DNA of 64,000 nucleotides from contig CBDCNM010000002.1 of NCBI GenBank assembly GCA_965219385.1, positions 1,170,936-1,234,935 of the forward strand, in the 5' to 3' direction. Position numbers and translations under genes: made by a program. The notes beneath the pieces are model-generated. The model worked only from the letters and a program-made list of their open reading frames with translations. It had not been told where the DNA came from and searched no databases. Every line of letters starts with the position of its first letter. Position 1 is the first letter of the stretch. The DNA is from Candidatus Latescibacterota bacterium (lineage in GTDB: Bacteria; Latescibacterota; UBA2968; UBA8231). This document shows, piece after piece, positions 9,741 to 18,204 of this stretch.

Positions 9741-9909
9741 ATACACAAGCACAGGCTTTATGGGCCTTGGGTGGCCCAACAGAGGCCTTCACGCTGGCCG
9801 AGGAAACTCCGCCTCAGAGAAGAGAAGCCGTCTGCTTGAGCCGGGTGCGGTGAAAGTCGCACGGTTCTTAGGGGGCCGGGAGGTGGTGACATCTCCCGGC
9901 TACCCGACC

Positions 9910-9957
9910 CAAAAAGGAGTCCCTCACCATATCCCGAACTCACGTTAGGTTAGGTTA
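9910..9957. repeat. IR-B, inverted partner of the 4520-4567 repeat
   Basis: cccaaaaaggagtccctcaccatatcccgaactcacgttaggttaggtt. Its reverse complement aligns to IR-A with 5 mismatches over 48 bp. Confidence 0.55.
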
Positions 9958-10013
9958 TTTTTTCGTTTCAACCGCACCGGTGGGAGCCAACCCGTGAAAG
10001 ATAAGAACCCTAG

Positions 10014-10044
10014 CAGGCCGTTGAGTATCTTTGTTGCCGGATCC
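10014..10044. repeat. Right copy of the 31-bp direct repeat bounding the 2.47-10.0 kb island
   Basis: See 2438-2468. High GC content resumes immediately after this site. Confidence 0.5.
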
Positions 10045-10137
10045 ATGGTGCCATCTTTCTGGGGAAGGAATACGGTCTGGGTCGAAGCAAGAGTGAGACG
10101 CTATTCCATTTAGAAATGCAGAGATCAATAAGACACC

Positions 10138-11778
10138 TTACCAGAACTTCGGCACCTCTTCCTCCACCTTGGTCATCACCTCCAGGAGCGCGGGCTGCCC
10201 CTCCTTGTTGGCCGCGAGCGCCTCGCCAATGGCCGGGGCCAGGTCCTCTACCGCCTCGACCCGCCGGGCCCTGGCCCCCAGACCCTGGGCCACCTGGGCG
10301 TAGTGGCCGCCCAGCGCATTGCTGCCCCAGCGCTCGCTGGCAAAGGGCATGTGGTGGTCGTAGTGCGTCATCACTCCGTTGTTGAGGATGACCGTGAGGA
10401 TGGGGATTTCCGCCCGGAAGGCGGTCTCCATATCCATGCCGGCCATGCCGAAGGCGGCGTCGCCCATGACATTGATGACCGTCTTTTCCGGGGCCGCCAG
10501 CTTGGCGCCCATGGCCAGTCCCAGGCCGTAGCCCAGCTGCGTGGACTTGCCCCAGCCGATATAACCCCGAGGGGTGACCGTCTGCCAGAAGGGGGCGAGC
10601 TGGTCGCGGGGATACCCCGAGTCGTGGGTGATGATGGTATTGGCCACATCCACGGCCGCGGCCAGTTCGGTGAATACCCGGTAGGGGCTGATGGGTACCT
10701 CTTCCGAGTGCAGCCGAGGCCCCCACTCGTCCATGAACTCGGCCCGGACCCGGGCGATTTCATCCACCACACCGTGCACGTCGCCACGTCCTTCGGCGCT
10801 GGTTTGCCGTTTGACCTCCTCGATCATCTGCCGCAGCACCAGTTTGGCATCGCCAATGGCGCCGAAACTGATCGCGTGGTCCTTGTGGAGGTCCTCGGCG
10901 TAGTTGGTGAGCTGGGCCAGGGGCACGCCCGCGGGCACGGGCGCATTGAAATTGGATCCGGTGAAGCTGGTGCCCGCCCCGAGCATGAAGTCGGTCTTCC
11001 TCAGGAAGTGGCCGACCATCAAGGTGGCGGTGTTGCCGCCCATACCCAGTGCAAGTTTGTGGTTCTCGGGAAAGGCGCTCTTGCCGGCCAGGGTGGTCAG
11101 GACCGGCACGTGGGTGAGTTCGGCCAGCTCCACCAGTTCGTCCGTGGCCCCGGCCCAGAGTATGCCCTGTCCGGCGTTGATGACGGGGCAGGAGGCCTTG
11201 AGCAGGGCCGTCACCAGGTCGCGCACATCGTCCGGATCGGCCCCGGACTTGAAGGGCTGCACCGGCTGGTAGTCAAAGTCGTCGTCCGGAAACTCTTCCA
11301 GGGCCACGTCGCGCGGAATCTCCACCAGCACCGGGCCAGGCCGGCCGTGTTTCAACTGGCTGAAGGCCCGGCGCATCATTTCGGGGATGCGGCTCACCTG
11401 GTTGATGTTGGCGGTCCACTTGGTGACGCCTTGGTAGTTGGGCACCGCATCGAAGTTGGGGTGCACCTGGGTGCGGGTGCGCTCCAGCCCGCCCGGGAGC
11501 AGCAGGATGGGAATCGAATCGGCAAAGGCCTGCGCCACCCCGCCGAAGGCATTCTCCGCCCCGGGCCCCAGCTGCATGGTGAAGACCCCGATGGTCTTGC
11601 CGTTGGTGATGCGGCTGAATCCGTCGGCCATGTTGACCCCGGTGCGCTCCTGGCGGCACACCACGGGCCGGATACCTTCCTGGGCGGCCACATCAATCAG
11701 GGTCTGGTACGGAAAGGCCGCCATCCACTCCACGCCTTCTGCTTTTAATATTTTAGCTATAACCCGGTCGCCGTTCAC
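10138..11778 (-). CDS. Thiamine-pyrophosphate-dependent enzyme (acetolactate synthase / sulfoacetaldehyde acetyltransferase family)
   Basis: Pyr/PP domain architecture. A GDG-type ThDP-binding region (NVMGDAAFGMAGMDMETA…NNG) is present. The probable start is GTG 11778, preceded by aaggag. The upstream portion of the 587-aa ORF is a 5' extension. Confidence 0.75.
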   Translation of the reverse strand: MNGDRVIAKILKAEGVEWMAAFPYQTLIDVAAQEGIRPVVCRQERTGVNMADGFSRITNGKTIGVFTMQLGPGAENAFGGVAQAFADSIPILLLPGGLERTRTQVHPNFDAVPNYQGVTKWTANINQVSRIPEMMRRAFSQLKHGRPGPVLVEIPRDVALEEFPDDDFDYQPVQPFKSGADPDDVRDLVTALLKASCPVINAGQGILWAGATDELVELAELTHVPVLTTLAGKSAFPENHKLALGMGGNTATLMVGHFLRKTDFMLGAGTSFTGSNFNAPVPAGVPLAQLTNYAEDLHKDHAISFGAIGDAKLVLRQMIEEVKRQTSAEGRGDVHGVVDEIARVRAEFMDEWGPRLHSEEVPISPYRVFTELAAAVDVANTIITHDSGYPRDQLAPFWQTVTPRGYIGWGKSTQLGYGLGLAMGAKLAAPEKTVINVMGDAAFGMAGMDMETAFRAEIPILTVILNNGVMTHYDHHMPFASERWGSNALGGHYAQVAQGLGARARRVEAVEDLAPAIGEALAANKEGQPALLEVMTKVEEEVPKFW

Positions 11779-11930
11779 GTTGGTCTCCTTCGTTGTCGGC
11801 AGTGTATTTGGCCTTCTACGGGATTCAAGGTAGAACTTCCGGCGTTGTAAGGCAAGGGGGAACCGCGCAGAATGCGGATGGACCACGAGCGGCTGGCCCA
11901 TCCGTTCGTCCAGGTGCCTCCGCCAAGCAG

Positions 11931-12635
11931 CTATGAGGACTCAAGATGCTCAATCACCTCATCCACCGGCATCACATCCCCCACGTTGATGTCCAGATCC
12001 AGCAAGAACGTCCAGTGCATGATCTGGCAGCGCTCGCCGACCGCCTCGCGTGGGATGACGACGCGGAAGCTGCTGCTGGCGTCTCGGCAGGTCGCGTACA
12101 CGCAGTGGCTCGTGCTCACCCCCGTGACGATCACGGTATCCACCTGCAGCGCCGTGAGCATGTTGCGCAGGGGGGTTCCCGCAAAACAAGAGGCCCATCG
12201 CTTGGTGAAGATCTTCTCGTCCGGGCGGCGCTCCAGTCGCGGATCGATCTCCATGAGTCCGGCGTCCCCGGGTTTGAGGTCGGACTCGATCTTCCTGGTT
12301 TTCATGCCGGGGAATTCATCCGGGTCGAATTCGGAGGTAGAAAAGAAGATGGGGACGCCGGCGCGCCGGGCGGATTCCAGGACGTGGTGGGTGCCCTCCA
12401 CCACCGGCTCGACATTGCTGCCCATCTGGGTGCTCTGACGAGTCCAATTAAGGGCCAGGTCGACCACCACCACGGCCGGGCGCGCGCCAAAGCCGCTGCG
12501 CCGCGCCCAATTGGCGGCCACGTAGTAGTCGCGCAATTTTTCCAGATGGGCGCGCACGGGTTCGCGCAGTTCCTCGGGCAATTGCAACTCGGGTGTGCCC
12601 AGCTCGATGCTCGGACCGAAGAATGATTCGCTCAT
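11931..12635 (-). CDS. Isochorismatase-family cysteine hydrolase
   Basis: The sequence VVVVDLALNW…VIVTGVSTSHCVYATCRDA is typical of isochorismatase-like hydrolases. The likely start is ATG 12635 (MSESFFGP), preceded by aggag. Confidence 0.7.
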   Translation of the reverse strand: MSESFFGPSIELGTPELQLPEELREPVRAHLEKLRDYYVAANWARRSGFGARPAVVVVDLALNWTRQSTQMGSNVEPVVEGTHHVLESARRAGVPIFFSTSEFDPDEFPGMKTRKIESDLKPGDAGLMEIDPRLERRPDEKIFTKRWASCFAGTPLRNMLTALQVDTVIVTGVSTSHCVYATCRDASSSFRVVIPREAVGERCQIMHWTFLLDLDINVGDVMPVDEVIEHLESS

Positions 12636-12775
12636 GGGGTGGTATCTCCTCGTAGTTTGACTGCTTGGACTGCTGCGCGTTCTCCGCTCGACGTTCAAGC
12701 AGGGGATTCCGGCGGCGGGTCGGTTTTGTAGCAGTTTGAATTAATTTCCGCTCGATCCGTGAAAAAAGTCAGCAA

Positions 12776-13264
12776 ATGAGGTTTACCATAAGAAGGTTCC
12801 GCTGGAACGAGGACAACGGACAGTGGCTGGCCAACCTCGACGAAGACGGAGACGGGACGCCGGACCGATTCATCTACGGCGAGCTCGAAAGCAGGGTGCT
12901 CAAGTGGACCACCCACTTCGACCTGCTGTTTTCCCCCGACGCCAGTCTGCAGCTGTACATGCAGCCGTTCGTCGCCACCGGCGATTACGGCGCCATCAAG
13001 GAGCTGACCGCCCCGAAATCCTACCGCTTCTCTCCGTACGACGAATACCGGTCCAACCCCGACTTCAGGCGGCGCTCGCTACGCAGCAACCTCGTATTCC
13101 GCTGGGAGTACGCACCCGGGAGCACGCTGTTTCTCGCCTGGGCGCAATCGCGCAGCGCTTTCGACGACACCCCCCGCCTCGGCACCGGCGACCTTGCCGC
13201 CAGTTTCACCGACAACGGAGACAACATCTGGCTTGCAAAGTTCAACCACTGGCTGCGTCTGTGA
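12776..13264 (+). CDS. Hypothetical protein, possibly a 5'-truncated C-terminal fragment of a larger outer-membrane/carbohydrate-binding protein
   Basis: 162 aa with host-like GC content. It ends in an aromatic-rich C-terminus (…NIWLAKFNHWLRL). There is no signal peptide and an implausible N-terminus. It converges on the dynamin island. Confidence 0.35.
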   Translation: MRFTIRRFRWNEDNGQWLANLDEDGDGTPDRFIYGELESRVLKWTTHFDLLFSPDASLQLYMQPFVATGDYGAIKELTAPKSYRFSPYDEYRSNPDFRRRSLRSNLVFRWEYAPGSTLFLAWAQSRSAFDDTPRLGTGDLAASFTDNGDNIWLAKFNHWLRL

Positions 13265-13299
13265 AGGGCCCGGCAGGGTCCAGAGCAGTATATAAAAAA

Positions 13300-15990
13300 T
13301 TAGGCGTTCTGCATAGCTTTGATTTCGTCCACAAAGTCACGTGTGCATATTCCGAACTTCCTCTTTAAGTGCTTGGACTGGTTGGCGTGTCCCTTGTGTT
13401 CATTCCTTCTTTCTGTGACGTCTTGGCGATATTTGCTTACAGCACTGCGTAGATTGGGAGATTCTATTATCAGATCGATACGACTGAGCAATCCAACGAT
13501 ATTTTGCATACGTTTGTGCTCTTTCTCGTGAAACCGTACATATTTGTCGAATAGGTCTTCGATCTCCTCGTCCAGCTTGACCATCGTCTTTGCTCGATCG
13601 ATCATATCTAGGAAATTGTCGAAGGATCGACCGGAGTCGGAGTGGCCATACCATTCTCTGTCGAGTGAGCTGTATAAGCCGATGCCGAAATAGGGAAGTT
13701 TGTTCTTGTCCGCAACCTTTTCCGCATTGCTCAGTACCTCTTGCTGCGCGGTTAGCTTTTTGTCGGCCTTATTCAAGACGATGAATATCGGGGGTTGGGA
13801 CTTACGATATGAAGAAAGCTGAGAATGTTTGCGTTGCTCTCGAAACTCGCAAAGAAAATCGACATCTTCCTGGGGAAGTGTGCCTCTGTCGCAATCGACT
13901 ACCCATATTAGAAAAGGATTAGTCAAGACCTCTTGGAGAGCAATCTTCTTGTCCTCTTCGTCGCTTTTCGCATCATCCGGTTTTGTGTAACCTGGCGTAT
14001 CGATAAAGGCGACTTGTTTACATCTCTCCAAATGTGGTGTGTTGATCACGACTCGTTCTACAATCTGCTTCAGCGGGATACCATAGTCTTTCTCGAACTC
14101 ATGCGTCATCTGCTGAAATGTCGATGTATTGATCGGTGTCTTCCCACCCCCAGAATTGAAAACATTGATTTCCAACTCGTTCTCATCGACATGGGTAATG
14201 AAGGTCGGGATCGAAGTTGTTGGGGTGACCTTTGTGGGCAGGATTTCGTCTCCGATGAGTGCATTGAGAAAACTCGACTTGCCACTACTAAAACTGCCTG
14301 CCACTGTACAGATGTTTCGAGAGGCCAGACGAGGTGCCAATCTCATCTGATTCATGTGCGAGCGGATTATCTCCAAGGCGGCGTATGCTTCGGCTTCCTC
14401 AGGATAAGTGTCGTTGCGGGCAAACTCTCGGTAGTCGTTTTTCAGTAGCTTCTTGAATTCGTTGAAGTGACGCGTATATTCGCCGTTCATGTTATCGCGG
14501 GCAGACATGATTCGCCCGATGAGGTCGAGGGCTTGCTGCGTGCTCTGAGCGTGTTGCTGCACAACTTCCGCAGCTTCGGGCATGGTCTCTTGGATGGTGC
14601 TACGGGCTTGCTCAAGCGTCATGCCGTTCTCAGAATCGCGGGCAGACATGATCTGCCCAGCGCGGTCGATAGCTTGCTGCGTGCTCTGAGCGTGTTGCCG
14701 CACAACTTCCGCAGCTTCGGGCATGGTCTCTTGGATGGTGCTACGGGCTTGCTCAAGCGTCATGCCGTTCTCAGAATCGTGGGCAGACATGATCTGCCCA
14801 ATGAGTTCGAGGGCTTGCTGCGTGCTCTGAGCGTGTTGCTGCACAACTTCCGCAGCTTCGGGCATGGTCTCTTGGATGGTGCTACGGGCTTGCTCAAGTG
14901 TCATGCCGTTCACGTTATCACGGGCAGACATGATCTGCCCGATGAGGTCGATAGCTTGCTGCGTGCTCTGAGCGTGTTGCCGCACAACTTCCGCAGCTTC
15001 GGGCATGGTCTCTTGGATGGTGCTACGGGCTTGCTCAAGTGTCATGCCGTTCACGTTATCACGGGCAGACATGATTCGCCCGATGAGGTCGATAGCTTGC
15101 TGCGTGCTCTGAGCGTGTTGCCGCACAACTTCCGCAGCTTCGGGCATGGATTCTTGGATGACACCACGGGCTTGCTCAAGCGTCATATCCTGGCGCTCAC
15201 TACGCGGCTGTCGACCCGGAGCCAGGCTTTTTGTTATCGCCTCACTAATGGCCCTGACGTATTTCATGATCCCATCAACGAGACCGAGGATCTTCTGAAC
15301 TCTTTGGGTGTGTTCGAGTACAACTTCCGCAGCTTCGGGCATGGCCTCTTGGATGGTGCTACGGGCTTGCTCAAGTGTCATGCCGTTCACGTTATCACGA
15401 GCAGACATGATCTGCCCAGCGCGGTCGATAGCTTGCTGCGTGCTCTGAGCGTGTTGCCGCACAACCTCCGCAGCTTCGGGCATGGCCTCTTGAATGGTGC
15501 TACGGGCTTGCTCAAGTGTCATGCCGTTCACGTTATCACGAGCAGACATGATCTGCCCAGCGCGGTCGATAGCTTGCTGCGTGCTCTGAGCGTGTTGCCG
15601 CACAACCTCTGTGACTTCGGGCATGGCCTCTTGAATAGTGCTACGGGCTTGCTCAAGTGTCATGCCGTTCACGTTATCACGAGCAGACATGATCTGCCCA
15701 GCGCGGTCGATAGCTTGCTGCGTGCTCTGAGCGTGTTGCCGCACAACCTCTGTGACTTCGGGCATGGCCTCTTGAATGGTGCTACGGGCTTGCTCAAGTG
15801 TCATGCCGTTCACGTTATCACGAGCAGACATGATCTGCCCGATGAGGTCGAGGGCTTGCTGCGTGCTCTGAGCGTGTTGCCGCACAACCTCTGTGACTTC
15901 GGGCATGGCCTCTTGAATGGTGCTACGGGCTTGCTCAAGCGTCATACGCTGATGCTTGTCTCTACGCAGTTTGAGCTTCTTCCCACTCAT
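13300..15990 (-). CDS. Dynamin-like large GTPase 1 with an N-terminal 47-aa tandem-repeat array
   Basis: 896 aa. Residues about 16-503 are about 10 tandem 47-aa repeats. These are followed by a dynamin-family GTPase domain: G1 GSFSSGKSSFLNALIG, G3 DTPG, G4 NKAD. A long charged helical C-terminal region follows. Confidence 0.85.
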   Translation of the reverse strand: MSGKKLKLRRDKHQRMTLEQARSTIQEAMPEVTEVVRQHAQSTQQALDLIGQIMSARDNVNGMTLEQARSTIQEAMPEVTEVVRQHAQSTQQAIDRAGQIMSARDNVNGMTLEQARSTIQEAMPEVTEVVRQHAQSTQQAIDRAGQIMSARDNVNGMTLEQARSTIQEAMPEAAEVVRQHAQSTQQAIDRAGQIMSARDNVNGMTLEQARSTIQEAMPEAAEVVLEHTQRVQKILGLVDGIMKYVRAISEAITKSLAPGRQPRSERQDMTLEQARGVIQESMPEAAEVVRQHAQSTQQAIDLIGRIMSARDNVNGMTLEQARSTIQETMPEAAEVVRQHAQSTQQAIDLIGQIMSARDNVNGMTLEQARSTIQETMPEAAEVVQQHAQSTQQALELIGQIMSAHDSENGMTLEQARSTIQETMPEAAEVVRQHAQSTQQAIDRAGQIMSARDSENGMTLEQARSTIQETMPEAAEVVQQHAQSTQQALDLIGRIMSARDNMNGEYTRHFNEFKKLLKNDYREFARNDTYPEEAEAYAALEIIRSHMNQMRLAPRLASRNICTVAGSFSSGKSSFLNALIGDEILPTKVTPTTSIPTFITHVDENELEINVFNSGGGKTPINTSTFQQMTHEFEKDYGIPLKQIVERVVINTPHLERCKQVAFIDTPGYTKPDDAKSDEEDKKIALQEVLTNPFLIWVVDCDRGTLPQEDVDFLCEFREQRKHSQLSSYRKSQPPIFIVLNKADKKLTAQQEVLSNAEKVADKNKLPYFGIGLYSSLDREWYGHSDSGRSFDNFLDMIDRAKTMVKLDEEIEDLFDKYVRFHEKEHKRMQNIVGLLSRIDLIIESPNLRSAVSKYRQDVTERRNEHKGHANQSKHLKRKFGICTRDFVDEIKAMQNA
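14482..15945 (-). repeat. 141-bp coding tandem repeat, about 10.4 copies (47-aa unit MTLEQARSTIQEAMPEVTEVVRQHAQSTQQAIDRAGQIMSARDNVNG)
   Basis: The amino-acid repeats are near-identical, with substitutions EV/EA, EAM/ETM and DRAG/DLIG. There are four copies, then one diverged 65-aa copy, then five copies. The plus-strand ORF 14467-16092 in the track is the antisense image of this array. Confidence 0.9.
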
Positions 15991-16027
15991 GGCTGGTTTC
16001 CTTTCCGTCGTCGTTTCACGAATGATC

Positions 16028-18202
16028 CTAATCTATTTCGGATCGGTGTCGCTTTAGCTTGTCCATGGCCAGCTTGTAGCGTTGCAGCTTGAATCCCTGC
16101 GACTTCAAATCCTCTTCTATGCGACGATGATAATCTTTTAACTCTTGGACTGCCGCCGGAACCAGTGCCTCCTTGGCTTTGGCGGTGACCTTATCGACCT
16201 GTTCCTTGGCTTGGTCGATCCACTCGGTACTCTGTTTGCTCAACGAATGCACCGTCTTTCTGGCGTTCTCCTGTCCCTTTATTGCAGACTCCTCATTGTT
16301 GGGCTCATAGCCGCGAAATGTAGAATCAATCTTCTCGTTTAGTTCCTTGAGTTCTTCGCCCCCTTGTTTAGCGACCTTATCAATTGCATAGCGGACCAAG
16401 CGCTGGATCCGAGTGGGTTTAATCGCATAGGCAGTCTCGTTGTCGATCACGTTTGCGAGCAACTTATTCATCGTATGCTTGGCGCTTTTCTTGAAATCAA
16501 AATTGAATATGGTCTCGGAGACATCTTGGATTTTTTTGTTGAGTTCACCTTGCATGACGAGAATAGCAGTTTCAATACCAGCGGTATTCAATATCTGCTC
16601 TTCGTAAGGTTTCTTACCGCCCCCCCATATCTTCCAAGCAATCCATGGAAGAGATCCTTCCTTTTGTCTCATTTTTGTTTCTACCCTGATTCCATAATCG
16701 ATAATCTCCCTCACTTCCTTGCCTTCCTCGTGGATAGTATCTCTCAGCTTGTTAATCTCCTTTTTTTGCTTTTCGATCAATTCTTCCCATGCATCAACGA
16801 CGTTCTCTTGGATATTTTCCACCATCTCGTCGACATCTTCCTGCTGCTGTTTAATCTCCGCAAGGTCCGTTCCGCGTAGATGCTCACGACTTTCTTCGAA
16901 ATTCTCGATCAGTTCGTTCAGTTCCTCTAAGGTACCATCTCGTTTCTCCCGGAGAAAATCTTGCATCTTATCCTGCATGATCTGATCCTTGTCCCTATGG
17001 ATAGCGGCAAGGCATTCGTCAACTTTCTCTCTATTTCCTAGGTCAGCGAGTATGCTAAGAGTATTTTCGTCAATCGCCTTTTCCCCTTCTGCTAGTTTAT
17101 CAATCCAATCAGGATATCTTTTGTGGAGATTGGCCAAGATAGCTCGCTCTTCCTCGTTCCACTGCGTGACTGGTTTAGTGGCCAAGATTGCGCATATTGC
17201 GGATACAAAGACTATATCGTCTTCCTCGATGGCCATAGAACCGTCCTCGCTGCGATCCTGCTTGAGACCAATCACATCTTTAGCTTGGTCCACCAAGTCT
17301 TCCTCGGTGGAATCCTTGGCCTTCTGCAGATCACCTGCATAATCCTTCGACACATCGATCAAGGCGCTGTCGAACTTGCTACCAATCAACAAACGCCGGC
17401 TAATGCCCTCGGCAGGCACCTGATTGTGAAAGAAGTCCGCGTCCGTACTGTCCATGAACTGTGAGGCTGAGCTCAGCAATAGCACGGCATCGCACTGCTT
17501 CAAGAGGTTATTCGTTTCTCGACACCGGGACGCGATGGGATCGTTGATACCAGGAGTATCGACGATATCGATATCTGGAAGACCTTGACTGCATCGAATC
17601 GTTACGCTCTTGACCAGCGGCGTCATCTTCCCCTCGGAACCAACGAGCTGACGGAGTCTTCCATTCAGTTCGTCAATGGAGGCCGGCAGGACTTCCGTCT
17701 TGCCGAGATGGGGGTCTACCTTGAGGCGGCGTTTCTCGACCATTTCGACCAGTTCATGTGACGCTCTCATAACCTCTGCTGGCTCGCTGGTGGCAGCCTT
17801 TTGTTTTTGGTATTCGTTGGCATAGCGCTTAATTTCCTGCCAATCCTTGTGGTTGTAGTATTCGACTTCGATTTCGTCCCGATCGCTCTTTACGATGTGG
17901 GTCAGTGAGGCCGTCATCGGCGTGGCGGCCTTCGGTAGTACTTCTTGCCCATCAAAGAGCAATAGGTTCAGGAGCGAGGATTTGCCCGACTTGATTTGAC
18001 CTACGATGCCGAGCCGTAGTAGGCGGTTCTCCTCCAGCAAGTCGCTGGAGTATGACTTCAGGTCCTGTTCGATCTCTCGTATGTTCCGTACCTGTGCATT
18101 GTCTTGCTCAGCGATGTCTTCATACTCAATGAAGGTCTGCGACAACGAGGACAAGCTTTTTACTAACTGGTCGCAGTCAGGAGTCAGGTAGTTGTTGCCC
18201 AT
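16028..18202 (-). CDS. Dynamin-like large GTPase 2
   Basis: 724 aa. G1 GQIKSGKSSLLNLL, G3 DTPG, G4-like SKFD. Long Glu/Lys-rich predicted coiled-coil C-terminal half. The start is 38 bp downstream of the preceding gene's stop. Confidence 0.85.
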   Translation of the reverse strand: MGNNYLTPDCDQLVKSLSSLSQTFIEYEDIAEQDNAQVRNIREIEQDLKSYSSDLLEENRLLRLGIVGQIKSGKSSLLNLLLFDGQEVLPKAATPMTASLTHIVKSDRDEIEVEYYNHKDWQEIKRYANEYQKQKAATSEPAEVMRASHELVEMVEKRRLKVDPHLGKTEVLPASIDELNGRLRQLVGSEGKMTPLVKSVTIRCSQGLPDIDIVDTPGINDPIASRCRETNNLLKQCDAVLLLSSASQFMDSTDADFFHNQVPAEGISRRLLIGSKFDSALIDVSKDYAGDLQKAKDSTEEDLVDQAKDVIGLKQDRSEDGSMAIEEDDIVFVSAICAILATKPVTQWNEEERAILANLHKRYPDWIDKLAEGEKAIDENTLSILADLGNREKVDECLAAIHRDKDQIMQDKMQDFLREKRDGTLEELNELIENFEESREHLRGTDLAEIKQQQEDVDEMVENIQENVVDAWEELIEKQKKEINKLRDTIHEEGKEVREIIDYGIRVETKMRQKEGSLPWIAWKIWGGGKKPYEEQILNTAGIETAILVMQGELNKKIQDVSETIFNFDFKKSAKHTMNKLLANVIDNETAYAIKPTRIQRLVRYAIDKVAKQGGEELKELNEKIDSTFRGYEPNNEESAIKGQENARKTVHSLSKQSTEWIDQAKEQVDKVTAKAKEALVPAAVQELKDYHRRIEEDLKSQGFKLQRYKLAMDKLKRHRSEID

Positions 18203-18204
18203 GT

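Noticed and set aside
14482-15945. Possible CRISPR array, because of the regular 141-bp repeats
   Set aside because: The repeats are contiguous with no spacers. They are in-frame coding sequence with a 47-aa periodicity. No cas genes are present.
14467-16092. 541-aa plus-strand repetitive ORF (…HNFRSFGHGLLDGATGLLKRHAV… repeated)
   Set aside because: It is the antisense reading of the 141-bp tandem-repeat array in dynamin-like GTPase 1. The sense strand gives a coherent P-loop GTPase fusion.
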